Below, in pieces: positions 1 to 9,962 of a DNA stretch of 64,000 nucleotides (position 1 is the first letter of the stretch; every line of letters starts with the position of its first letter). Position numbers and translations under genes: made by a program. Location: NCBI GenBank assembly GCA_028826165.1, contig JAPDFW010000114.1:496001-560000 (forward strand). Direction: 5' to 3'. Under the pieces are notes generated by a model, which saw only the letters and a list, made by a program, of their open reading frames with translations, was not told the origin of the DNA and searched no databases. The DNA is from Anaeramoeba ignava BMAN (lineage: Eukaryota > Protista > Anaeramoebae).

Positions 1-303
1 ATATTAATAATGAGAAGTGAATTATATCGAGGAATGTTTTTATCTGTAACAAATGATACTTCTAATAAAGTTACAGATTATAGTGAATTAAGTAATAAAT
101 CATTTCAAATATTTGAATATTGGATTTATTCAAATCAAATTAAAAATGGAATTCAAATTACAAAAGAAATTATTCAAGAAATTAAAAGAGGAATTGATTA
201 TTTTCAATTAAATCAAACAAATCCAAATTTATTTGATTTATTAATTAATAAATTTAAAAATCAAAATCAAAAAAAAAGAAAATTAAAATTTGAATGTTTT
301 TAA
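1..303 (+). CDS. 3' end of a tandem BTB-domain gene (probable RCC1-BTB paralogue; 5' part lies outside the window)
   Basis: Nucleotides 1-270 nearly duplicate 1832-2100 (offset 1831 bp). The ORF encodes MRSELYRGMFLSVT..DYSELS..F..F..WIYSNQI, the C-terminal BTB half of the downstream gene. Confidence 0.85.
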   Translation: MLIMRSELYRGMFLSVTNDTSNKVTDYSELSNKSFQIFEYWIYSNQIKNGIQITKEIIQEIKRGIDYFQLNQTNPNLFDLLINKFKNQNQKKRKLKFECF

Positions 304-349
304 AAATATTTTTTTCGATTTTTCATTTTTCATTTTTTTCTTTTTAAAA

Positions 350-2140
350 ATGAATGAAATTATATTTTTTGGTCAAAATCAAAATCCAAAACTTATCAAA
401 AATGAAAGAGATGAAATAACAAAACCAATTCAATTTAAATTTGAAAATGAAAATGAAAAACAAATTAAACAAATTTCATCAAGTGAATTTTCAATAATTT
501 TCCTTTTTGAAAATGGAAAAGCAATAGAATATTTAAAAGATTTAAAACAAAATCCTCAAGAAATCCAAATTGAAGAAAATATTCAAAAAGTAACTGCTGC
601 TTTTGTAAAAGGAGTTATTTTAACAACAGAAGGAAATGTATTTTCATTAGGAAAAAAAATTAATCCAATAAATCCAAATGAATTTATCAATATTTCATCA
701 TTAATTGAAGATACAAATGATAGAATAATTCAAGATGTTGTTTCTGGATATAATTCAGTTTACTTATTAACTTCAAATCAAAATGCTTATGGAATTGGTT
801 CAAATAGATTTGGCCAACTTGGATTTGATTCTGAAACACTTGAAAAAACAGAAAAACCAATTTTAATGATGAAAAACGTTTCTAAAATATTTTCAGGAAA
901 TTCTTCATATTCTGTTTTTCTTTTAAATTCAAATAAAGAATTATTTGGATGTGGTGAGAATTATTTCGGTCAACTTGGATTAGGAGAATCAGAAGAAGAT
1001 AAAATCTATAAATTAACCAAAATTCCAAATATTCCAAAAGGCAAAATAATTGATATTAAATGTGGATTTCATCATTCAATAATGTTGATTGAAAATGAAA
1101 ATCGAAAAAGAAAACTTTATTCATGTGGAAATTATCTATATAATGGGATTGGCAAAAAAAATGAAAATATTTATGAATTTACTGAAGTCAAATCATCTTT
1201 ATTGAAAAATGATGATATTATTGATTTTTCTGTTGGAGATTCTCATACTTTGATTTTAACTTCCAATTCAAAATTAATAGTATTTGGAGATAATTATTAT
1301 GGTCAATTAGGAACTGGAAAGAGAAAAGATAAATTAATTCCAATTCAAATAAAACTTCCTGAATTAAGATTTAATGAAGAAATTTTCAATTATCATGTTC
1401 TTTGTGGATATTTGAATTCATTTCTTTATTATTCTCCTTTTCTTTCTTTTTCCAATCTTGAAGAAGATTTGATAAAACTATTTAGAAGAAAAGAATTTTG
1501 CAATATTTCATTTAAAACCGAAAATGGAGAAATAATTGAAGCTCATAAATTAATATTGAAATATAGATTAAATCAAAATCAAAATGAAATTGAAAAACTT
1601 CAAGAAATTATTTCAACAAAATCAATTAAAGAATCAAATCAAATATTTGAAATGATTTATTCAAACAGAATAATAAATCCAAAATTATATTCTGAAATTA
1701 AAGAAATTATAAATTCTAATGAAAAAATTGAAGAAACAATGAAAAGAATTTATTTAAATGAAAATGAAAATGAAAATGAAAAAGATTTTATAATTGAAAG
1801 AAAAGAAAAGAAATATAAATTTCCAAAATTAATATTAATAATGAGAAGTGAATTATATCGAGGAATGTTTTTATCTGTAACTGAAGATACTTCTAATAAA
1901 GTTACAGATTATAGTGAATTAAGTAATGAATCATTTCAAATATTTGAATATTGGATTTATTCAAATCAAATCAAAGATGATATTCAAATTACAAAAGAAA
2001 TCATTCAAGAACTTAAAAGAGGAATTGATTATTTTCAATTAAATCAAACAAATCCAAATTTATTTGATTTATTAATTAACAAATTTAATAATCAAAATCA
2101 AAATCAAAATTCAAATGAAAATAAATGTTTAATTTTTTAA
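350..2140 (+). CDS. RCC1-repeat protein with tandem C-terminal BTB/POZ-like domains, ending in a CaaX motif (CLIF)
   Basis: RCC1 motifs GSNRFGQLG, GENYFGQLGLG, GDNYYGQLGTG and VGDSHTLIL. BTB-like segments FCNISFK..IEAHKLILKYR and DFIIE..KFPKLILIMRSELYRGMF. The ATG at 350 follows a TTTCATTTT element; the ORF track start at 290 is a TTG. Confidence 0.85.
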   Translation: MNEIIFFGQNQNPKLIKNERDEITKPIQFKFENENEKQIKQISSSEFSIIFLFENGKAIEYLKDLKQNPQEIQIEENIQKVTAAFVKGVILTTEGNVFSLGKKINPINPNEFINISSLIEDTNDRIIQDVVSGYNSVYLLTSNQNAYGIGSNRFGQLGFDSETLEKTEKPILMMKNVSKIFSGNSSYSVFLLNSNKELFGCGENYFGQLGLGESEEDKIYKLTKIPNIPKGKIIDIKCGFHHSIMLIENENRKRKLYSCGNYLYNGIGKKNENIYEFTEVKSSLLKNDDIIDFSVGDSHTLILTSNSKLIVFGDNYYGQLGTGKRKDKLIPIQIKLPELRFNEEIFNYHVLCGYLNSFLYYSPFLSFSNLEEDLIKLFRRKEFCNISFKTENGEIIEAHKLILKYRLNQNQNEIEKLQEIISTKSIKESNQIFEMIYSNRIINPKLYSEIKEIINSNEKIEETMKRIYLNENENENEKDFIIERKEKKYKFPKLILIMRSELYRGMFLSVTEDTSNKVTDYSELSNESFQIFEYWIYSNQIKDDIQITKEIIQELKRGIDYFQLNQTNPNLFDLLINKFNNQNQNQNSNENKCLIF

Positions 2141-2238
2141 ATTTAAAATCAAAATTAAAATCAAATTTAAAATTAAAATTAAAATTAAAATTAAAATTAA
2201 AATTAAAATTAAAATCAAAATCAAAATTCAAAATTAAA
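2141..2238. repeat. (AAAATT/AAAATC)n microsatellite between convergent genes
   Basis: Hexamer tandem repeat visible directly. Confidence 0.85.
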
Positions 2239-2311
2239 TTTTTTCTTTTTTGATTTATTGATTCTATGAAATGAAATTTTTCTTTTTTTAAATTTTGTTT
2301 TGAATTTAATT

Positions 2312-5300
2312 TTAATCTGTTTGTTTTCTTTTTCTTTGTTTACTTCGAATTTTTTTACCAATATTTGATCCTTTTCTTGCTGCTTTCATAAACCGATCAA
2401 ATTTACCTTTTGATTTTTGACCCAATTTAGGTTGTTTCCCATCTAAAGGAATATATTCAAAAGGTTCAATAGTTTCACCTTTTTTTCTTGAATCACCTTT
2501 TCTTTTTTCAACAGATTTCTTTTTTGGAAACTCTTTTTCTGTTTTGTTTCTGTTTTGTTGAGAATTTTTTTGATTTGATAAATTTTGTTGAGATATTTTT
2601 CCCTTTTTGATTTCTCTTGAATTTTCTTGTTCAATTGATGAATAATTTTGTTGTGATTTCTCTTTGTTTTTTGTTTGTAACTTTTTGATCTCTTTAACAA
2701 CAATTTTCCCATCTTTTGAAAATTCGATCATTTGATCATCTTCATTATCATTATCATTTAAATTGTTATTGAATAATGATTTTTGGGAAAGATTTTTTGG
2801 ATTGGAATCAAAAAATTTGGAACTTGATTGATCAAGTAAATCTAGAGGATCTTCATCTTCATTTTCTGTGAAAATCATGTTTCGATTTTGGAACGAAAAA
2901 CCCATTGAATCGAGTTTTCGATAAAAACCTTTAATCTTGTTTTGCTCTTTTTTATCATCCTCAAGTGTTTTTTGTGGGCGACGAAATTGTTGTTTTTTCT
3001 CAATAGCGTTTGGTTGATTTTGTTGCTTTTGGGATTTTTTCTTCATTGATTTGTGGATATTCTTAAAGAATTTTGCATGTTCTGAAGGGAATATTTTTTT
3101 GAGTTCGAAATAATCGAATTTGGAGATGATTTTTTCAAATAGAATCATAAGAAGCCATCTAAAATGATTTTGAGTTTCTTTTGGCCAGTTCATTGTTGTT
3201 TTAAAAATGGAAGATAAATGAGGTTGAATAAAAACAGTTTCCAAATTCATAACAACCATTTTAAGGAATCGAAGAACTGATTTCAAAACCTGGCGAGATT
3301 GGTGATTGAGAAGAAGAAGAACATTTGAAATGGCATTTTGTATTGATTCTGATGGGAGAAAAGGGAAAAACTCTCTGAGAAGCGAAGTGGTAGTTGATAC
3401 ACTTGCGCTAATCATTTCATTTGAAACTCCAGTCATTCCTGCCATTATCATTGTGAAAAAACTGTTGAGTTGAGTGTTTTCTGTTTGTGTGTTTTTTGGA
3501 TCTTGTTTTTCTTCTTCCATTTGATTTTCTTGTTGATTTTGTTGCGCAGATTGCGGTTGTGAGTTGAGAAATTTATTCCCAATTGTGATCAATAATGTGG
3601 ATGCAACTCGACGTGTTTTGCTATTTATTTCCTTTGTGGAAAGGATAATCTCAACCAGTAATTTGCCAATAATACTTGTGATCTCTTTTGGATCGAGATT
3701 CCAAAGTACATAATGTAAGATTTGTATTTTCCGTTTTTTCAACGGACTTGAACATTGAGAAAAGGAATCAGTTAAAAAAGAGATCACGTCATTGAATCTT
3801 GTTTTGTCATTTTTGATCAAATCAAATTTGCACTTGCAAATCCATTGTAAAACTTTGAACGCCTTTTTCTGAAGAAGGGAATTTTGTGTTTGATCCAAAT
3901 GAGGTTTGATTACTCTGAAAAGAATGATCACATGTTCATCGTTTAAATTTGGGAATAAAATCAATGATAAATCAAGTAAATTACCAAAATTTTTCTGTTC
4001 GTTTTCCTTCTGAATTTCATCTTCAATGGATTGCCAATTTTGAACGCTTTCTAAAAGTTTTTTGATTACGGTTTTAAATAAGTTGTTGATATAAGTATGA
4101 TCTGCGATACTTGAATAAGCTTGAATTGCAGATGAAAATGATTCTTTCTCTTCAATTTCTGATGAGCAATACAAATTCAATAACAAAGGAAGAAAATGTT
4201 GCGAGTAATGAGAAAGAAGCTTAACAACCGATTCGGCATTTTTTGCAGTGTAGTTTATTCTGAATGAATTTAGTTGCAAATCATTTGCGATGCTCTTTCC
4301 TGATGAAGATATCACAATGTTGTTCTGTTTGATCACTTTTTGGATCGATTTACAAATGAAAATGCGAATATTTGGTTCTGATGAAAGTGAGTTTGATAAT
4401 CGATCGACAATTTTGGGGAAACTTGATTCAAAATCAATTGCGAAGTTGAAAAAACCAGGAAGGAAAGACCAAATGTGGCGATAGGCTTTCAAAAAATCCT
4501 TGATATTCGCAACTTTTTTCTCCTCAATTTTATTCTGTATTGAATCGAGCATTGGGATGAATGTATCAACGAAATATCCCAGCTCGTCGTTGATGATATT
4601 ATCTCTTATAATTTCCACGATCCATTCGTTGTTGTAATTTTGGAAAATGTTTTGTTTATCGTTTTCGAAATATTCCTTCCAATTTTTATCCGATTCCCAG
4701 TCAAGTTGATTTTGATTGAAAAAATTAAGAGGAATCAAATTGAGAAAGTGTGCAATACCATATGCACGAATTGAAGTTGCCAAGAAACCCTTGATTTTCT
4801 GGTTGATTTTCTTGTCCTGAATAAATATCATCACAGAAATCCTGATGAACAAATCATTCAACACTGGATATGATTTCCTTCCAATAATTGAAAACAAAGA
4901 ACTAGCTATTGATATAAAAAACTCCCATTCCTTTTGGAATTTAATTGTCAATCCGTTTTCAATTATTTTCACAATTGAAAGCAAGGGTTTTGTCGATTGT
5001 TTGGATTCAATCCGCTTGGAAATTTGCATTTGATTCTCGTTTTGTTCGTTGTTCTGCTCAAGCCATGTATTTTGGGATGAAACTTCCATGATCATATCCT
5101 GATCAACGCAGGAAATGATCGTTTTTTGCATCAATTCAGAAATGTAAAATTTGAGGTTGTGATCGTTTTCGTTGATCAAAATACTGGATAATTGGACAAG
5201 TGTTTGAACAACGAATTTATGAGAAAGTAACGGATTTGTTGAATGCAATTTGGATACAAAATGGGTCAATAAAGAGCAGTTTTTTTTGGTGATATTTGGA

Positions 5301-6298
5301 TTCTTTTTTTTCTCAATTTCCAAATTCATAATTGATTTAATAAGCGCATCTTTTGTTTGTATTTGAGATTTTTTATGCTTGAAAAAATGGATGAGAGTTG
5401 ATAGAATTTCCAGAATGAGTGATTTCTGTGTTGTGTTTAGAAGAGTTATTAATTGAACAACAATTTTGGTTGATAAATCAGATGGAAAATGTGGTAAAAC
5501 AAAGGAAAGAAATTGAGTTGAAAAAATCATTAAGTTGAAAGAATTGGGTTTTCTTGTTTTCTTTTCCTCAAAGATATTTGTGCAAAATTTATGAATTTTC
5601 TTAGAAATTCTTGTTCTAAGTTTATCAAGAGATTCAGGATTTTGATTTTTATTAATAGGAATTCCTGTTGAATTTAAATTTTGATTTAAATTTGAATTTT
5701 GATTTTGATTTGAATCTAATTTTGAGAAACTGGATAATTTTTCCAGAAATTTTGCGAATCCATGAGATGTAATTATTCTAATTTGCTGTTTTTTATGAAC
5801 TGAAAATTCAAGAAAAGAATCAAAAATATTTTCAATTAAAGAAGAAGACCAAATTTGAGGAGAAGAAAGAATAAGAACAAGAATAGTTTTGATTGATGAA
5901 TGAATGACGTTTTCATTTTTAGAAGAAGATTTGATGATTTCTGTCATTTTGTCAATAATATCTTTGTGTTTCTGTATTTTAATTGCTTGAGGAATAAAAG
6001 GAAGAATTATTGATAAAAGTTGAATTAAAGAATGAGTAGTTGAATTATTTGAGTTTTTAGAAGACAAAAGAGTTGCGAAAATTGCGCTAAAATAAGCAAT
6101 TGGTTTTTCAGGTACTTTTTCTTCTTTTATTGTTTCTTCTATTGATTGTAGTGTTAAATTTATTTGGGAAAAAGATTCTAGTTTTCGAATTTTGTAAAAA
6201 GGATCAAATTTTTGAAAAGGTTGAATTATTGAAGAATTTTCTTTTAAGTTATCAAGAAAATTAAATGAATTTTTAAGAGAAGATATTTTTAAAGACAT
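2312..6298 (-). CDS. RRP12: RRP12-like (NUC173) HEAT-repeat ribosome biogenesis protein, 1328 aa, intronless
   Basis: Motifs PIAYFSAIFATL, ELGYFVDTFIP, IWSFLPGF, LQKKAFKVL, EIILSTKEINSKTR and EDEDPLDLLD. The C-terminus KGDSRKKG..EPFEYIPLD matches the RRP12 KGDvKkkg..dPyAYipL motif. Confidence 0.9.
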   Translation of the reverse strand: MSLKISSLKNSFNFLDNLKENSSIIQPFQKFDPFYKIRKLESFSQINLTLQSIEETIKEEKVPEKPIAYFSAIFATLLSSKNSNNSTTHSLIQLLSIILPFIPQAIKIQKHKDIIDKMTEIIKSSSKNENVIHSSIKTILVLILSSPQIWSSSLIENIFDSFLEFSVHKKQQIRIITSHGFAKFLEKLSSFSKLDSNQNQNSNLNQNLNSTGIPINKNQNPESLDKLRTRISKKIHKFCTNIFEEKKTRKPNSFNLMIFSTQFLSFVLPHFPSDLSTKIVVQLITLLNTTQKSLILEILSTLIHFFKHKKSQIQTKDALIKSIMNLEIEKKKNPNITKKNCSLLTHFVSKLHSTNPLLSHKFVVQTLVQLSSILINENDHNLKFYISELMQKTIISCVDQDMIMEVSSQNTWLEQNNEQNENQMQISKRIESKQSTKPLLSIVKIIENGLTIKFQKEWEFFISIASSLFSIIGRKSYPVLNDLFIRISVMIFIQDKKINQKIKGFLATSIRAYGIAHFLNLIPLNFFNQNQLDWESDKNWKEYFENDKQNIFQNYNNEWIVEIIRDNIINDELGYFVDTFIPMLDSIQNKIEEKKVANIKDFLKAYRHIWSFLPGFFNFAIDFESSFPKIVDRLSNSLSSEPNIRIFICKSIQKVIKQNNIVISSSGKSIANDLQLNSFRINYTAKNAESVVKLLSHYSQHFLPLLLNLYCSSEIEEKESFSSAIQAYSSIADHTYINNLFKTVIKKLLESVQNWQSIEDEIQKENEQKNFGNLLDLSLILFPNLNDEHVIILFRVIKPHLDQTQNSLLQKKAFKVLQWICKCKFDLIKNDKTRFNDVISFLTDSFSQCSSPLKKRKIQILHYVLWNLDPKEITSIIGKLLVEIILSTKEINSKTRRVASTLLITIGNKFLNSQPQSAQQNQQENQMEEEKQDPKNTQTENTQLNSFFTMIMAGMTGVSNEMISASVSTTTSLLREFFPFLPSESIQNAISNVLLLLNHQSRQVLKSVLRFLKMVVMNLETVFIQPHLSSIFKTTMNWPKETQNHFRWLLMILFEKIISKFDYFELKKIFPSEHAKFFKNIHKSMKKKSQKQQNQPNAIEKKQQFRRPQKTLEDDKKEQNKIKGFYRKLDSMGFSFQNRNMIFTENEDEDPLDLLDQSSSKFFDSNPKNLSQKSLFNNNLNDNDNEDDQMIEFSKDGKIVVKEIKKLQTKNKEKSQQNYSSIEQENSREIKKGKISQQNLSNQKNSQQNRNKTEKEFPKKKSVEKRKGDSRKKGETIEPFEYIPLDGKQPKLGQKSKGKFDRFMKAARKGSNIGKKIRSKQRKRKQTD

Positions 6299-6374
6299 TT
6301 TTTTTATTATTTTAAGAATTTTAGAGTGAAAAAAATGAAATTTAAAAAAATGAAAAAAAATTTTTTGATTTATA

Positions 6375-7012
6375 TTTTAATTTTAATTTTAATTTTTAAT
6401 TTTAATTTTAATTTTTGATTTTAATTTTAATTTTGATTTTAATTTTAATTTTAATTTTAATTTTAATTTTGATTTTAATTTTAATTTTAATTTTAATTTT
6501 AATTTTAATTTTGATTTTAATTTAATTTTGATTTTGGATTTTGATTTTAATTTTAATTTTAATTTTAATTTGAATTTTAATTTTAATTTTAATTTTAATT
6601 TTAATTTTGATTTTGATTTTGATTTTAATTTAGATTTTGATTTTAATTTTTAATTTTAATTTTAATTTTGATTTTGATTTTAATTTTAATTTTGATTTTG
6701 ATTTTGATTTTAATTTTAATTTTAATTTTGGATTTTGATTTTAATTTTAATTTTAATTTTGATTTTGATTTTAATTTTAATTTTAATTTTAATTTTCATT
6801 TTTAATTTTAATTTTAATTTTGATTTTAAATTTAATTTTAATTTTGATTTTAATTTTAATTTTAAATTTAATTTTAATTTTAATTTTGATTTTAATTTTC
6901 ATTTTTTCATTTTTTAATTTTAATTTTAATTTTTTCATTTTGATTTTGATTTTAATTTTCATTTTAATTTTAATTTTTAATTTTAATTTTAATTTTAATT
7001 TTAATTTTAATT
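6375..7012. repeat. (TTTTAA/TTTTGA)n microsatellite between divergent RRP12 and ankyrin-BTB genes
   Basis: Hexamer array visible directly; it accounts for the spurious IL/KI/NF ORFs. Confidence 0.9.
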
Positions 7013-7052
7013 TCATTTTTTCATTTTTCATTTTTCTTTTTTCATAATTTTT

Positions 7053-9782
7053 ATGTCTTCACAAATATGGCAAATTATTAAAGAAAATAACTTTTCTAAA
7101 ATTCGAAAAAAAATCAAAAAATCCGAATTAGAAAAAACTAACACAAGTGGAGAAACATTATTACATTATGCATGCATAACGAATCAGAATCCACAAGTAA
7201 TACAATATCTAATAAAACAAGGAATAGACGTTAATGCGAAGCAAATTTTCAATCAAACACCATTGCATTACGTTTGCATGAAAGACACGAAAGTGAATGC
7301 GATGAAAACATTGATTGAAAATAAAGCGGATTTAAATTTTCAAGATAATTTCGGACGAACTGCTTTGCACTTTCTTTTTGCAAGAAGACAGCCAATAGAG
7401 TGTATAGAGCTCTTGATATCAAGCAATGCAGACTTGAATCTCCTCGATAAGCGCGGGCGGTCTTTAATTCATATGGCCTGCAAATCTGAGTTTTATTCAA
7501 AATTAATTCCGCAATTAGTGACTGAACAAAATATTAACTCAAAAGATATCGACAAATGCACACCATTACATTATGTGTCCAGCTCCACAACAACCTGGAA
7601 TCTCATCCCTGTTCTTATTAACAAGGGCGCCGATATCTCCGCTCTTAATACTGATGAAAAAACTCCTCTTCATCTTGCTGTCACAATTTATTTCACTCAA
7701 GTTGATGTCCCGAATTTAAAATTTCTCATTTCTAAAGACAATTTGGTTCTTCTTGACAAAGATAAAAATACTCCTCTTCATTGCGCCATTCTCAATCAGC
7801 ATATCCTTCAGGATATTTCCGTTATTAAACTTCTGATTTCCAAAAAAAACATCAATATTCAAAACAAAAAACTTGAAACTCCTCTTCATTTACTTTGCCA
7901 AAAAATCAATGACAAACACGAGGAATTTCTCGCGCTTTTTCTTCGTAAAAATGCAGATATTACATTGCAAAATTTAGCGAGAATTTTGCCGTTTCATTTG
8001 ATGTTAAAATCGGGAATTCCTGTCAAAATGCTTGAGCAATTATATACAGATAAAGCACCACTTAATGAGTATTTATTCGGGAATCTAACACCATTTCTTC
8101 GCGCCTTGGAACAACACATGGACATATCCGTGATCAAATTTCTCGTCAGTAAAGGCGCCGATCCAAAAATACTTACCAAAACTGGGGACACATCTTTACA
8201 TTTAGTTTTAAAAAAAGTTCCTGATCCACAAATTGTCAAATTTCTCATTGATTGCGGTGTTGATCCCTCACAAAAAAACTCAGCTTCTGATTTACCTCTT
8301 CACTTAGCATGCAAACATTCAGATATGCCTATTGATATTCTTAAGCTTTTAATCACAAAAGACATCGACATCAACGCGAAATCATCGACTTTTGAAACAC
8401 CGCTTCATTTAATATCGAAATTCAATCACGATCCAAAAATCCTTCACTATTTGATTTCTCAAGGTGCTGACATAAACGCACTTGATTCTTCGTCTAAAAC
8501 ACCACTTTATTATGCCTGCACTGTTTATAATTTAACCGACTCAGCAATAACAAAAATTCAAACACTTCTTTTACTTGGAGCAGATCCAGATCTGAAATAC
8601 AAATCTGAGCAAACTCTTCTTCATATCACCTGCTCATCCAATCTTGACGATGCTGCTCAACTCCTCCTTAAAAATTACGCAGAAATTTCTCCTGTTGATT
8701 CAAATGGTGTTTTTCCTTATCAACTTATTACTCAAATCACAAAACGCCAAGAATTTCTTGGTCTTTTTATTTCTTATGGTTTGAATAATGAACATCTTAA
8801 TCAATTCGCTAGATCTGAACAGGAGAAGAAATTTGTTCGTAATTTCCAATCTCTTTGTATGGATTGGTTTCATTTCTTCGAAAATCAAGAATTTACTGAT
8901 TGTTCTATTTCTTGTGTTGATGGTGTTGTTAATGTGAATTCTTTCATTTTGAAAATGAGATTGAATGATGTTATTGAAAAGAAGATTGATATTTTTTCAG
9001 AAGATGATTTAGATGAAAATTTAAAAGATGATTTAAAAGAAAATTTAAAAGAAAATTTAAAAGAAAATTTAAAAGAAAATTTAAAAGAAAATTTAAATGA
9101 AAATTCAAATGAAAATCAAATTGAAAATTTAAATGAAAATCAAATTGAAAAAGAAAATCAAATTGAAATTGAAAAAGAAAATAAAAATGAAAGAGTTCAA
9201 TTTAATAGGAAAATCCAAAATCAAGAGATATTCTCATTTCCTGGCGAAGACCAAAATACACAAAAAAACATTTACCATCTCAAAGAAGTTTGCAGAAATT
9301 TAACAAAAAAAGAAGTTGAAGCATTTTTTGCATTTCTTTATTCAGGATTAATTTTCAAATACGAAGACGAAAAAACAATAAAAAACATTTCAGATTCACT
9401 TGGATTTCATAAAAAATGGAACAGAGTTAAAAGAGGAAGAAAAGGATTGCTTGGCGATCTTCAACGTATTTATCAAGATCGATCTACAGGTGATTTTACA
9501 ATTTTAGTTAATTCTCAAGAAGTCAAAATTCACAAAGCAGTTTTAATTGCAAGAAGCGATTTATATCGAGGAATGTTTTTAACAGTCAAGGATGATTCTA
9601 ATTTTGTTAATGATTACAGTGGAAAATCTCTTGAAACTTTGAAAACTTTGATTGAATTTTTATATATTGATTTTTTGGATAATTCAATATCAAAAGAAAT
9701 TAAACAAGAATTAGCTGATGCTCAAGATTATTATCAATTAAGTACTGATTCTTTTATAGAATGGAAGTTATGGTTGATTTAA
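7053..9782 (+). CDS. Ankyrin-repeat protein (~15 repeats) with tandem C-terminal BTB/POZ domains, 909 aa
   Basis: Repeated G.TPLH.A motifs (GETLLHYAC, QTPLHYVC, GRTALH, ETPLHL). BTB motifs EFTDCSI and STGDFTILVNSQEVKIHKAVLIARSDLYRGMF..LIEFLYID. Confidence 0.9.
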   Translation: MSSQIWQIIKENNFSKIRKKIKKSELEKTNTSGETLLHYACITNQNPQVIQYLIKQGIDVNAKQIFNQTPLHYVCMKDTKVNAMKTLIENKADLNFQDNFGRTALHFLFARRQPIECIELLISSNADLNLLDKRGRSLIHMACKSEFYSKLIPQLVTEQNINSKDIDKCTPLHYVSSSTTTWNLIPVLINKGADISALNTDEKTPLHLAVTIYFTQVDVPNLKFLISKDNLVLLDKDKNTPLHCAILNQHILQDISVIKLLISKKNINIQNKKLETPLHLLCQKINDKHEEFLALFLRKNADITLQNLARILPFHLMLKSGIPVKMLEQLYTDKAPLNEYLFGNLTPFLRALEQHMDISVIKFLVSKGADPKILTKTGDTSLHLVLKKVPDPQIVKFLIDCGVDPSQKNSASDLPLHLACKHSDMPIDILKLLITKDIDINAKSSTFETPLHLISKFNHDPKILHYLISQGADINALDSSSKTPLYYACTVYNLTDSAITKIQTLLLLGADPDLKYKSEQTLLHITCSSNLDDAAQLLLKNYAEISPVDSNGVFPYQLITQITKRQEFLGLFISYGLNNEHLNQFARSEQEKKFVRNFQSLCMDWFHFFENQEFTDCSISCVDGVVNVNSFILKMRLNDVIEKKIDIFSEDDLDENLKDDLKENLKENLKENLKENLKENLNENSNENQIENLNENQIEKENQIEIEKENKNERVQFNRKIQNQEIFSFPGEDQNTQKNIYHLKEVCRNLTKKEVEAFFAFLYSGLIFKYEDEKTIKNISDSLGFHKKWNRVKRGRKGLLGDLQRIYQDRSTGDFTILVNSQEVKIHKAVLIARSDLYRGMFLTVKDDSNFVNDYSGKSLETLKTLIEFLYIDFLDNSISKEIKQELADAQDYYQLSTDSFIEWKLWLI

Positions 9783-9962
9783 TTTTTTTTACTTCAAAAT
9801 GAAAAAGAAATCAAATGGATATTTATTAAGAAATTCTTTTTTTTTTTCTTTGATCAAAAAACAAAACAATAAATCAAATCAAAATTATTATTTTTCTTAT
9901 TTTTTTTTTGGAATAAATTTTGATGAATACAAAAGAAAAGAAAAGAAAAGAAAATAAAAGAA

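Noticed and set aside
290-349. N-terminal hydrophobic signal or TM extensions on ORFs 290-2140 and 9963-14435
   Set aside because: They arise from upstream TTG starts reading through T-rich promoter sequence. The likely true starts are the ATGs at 350 and 14234.
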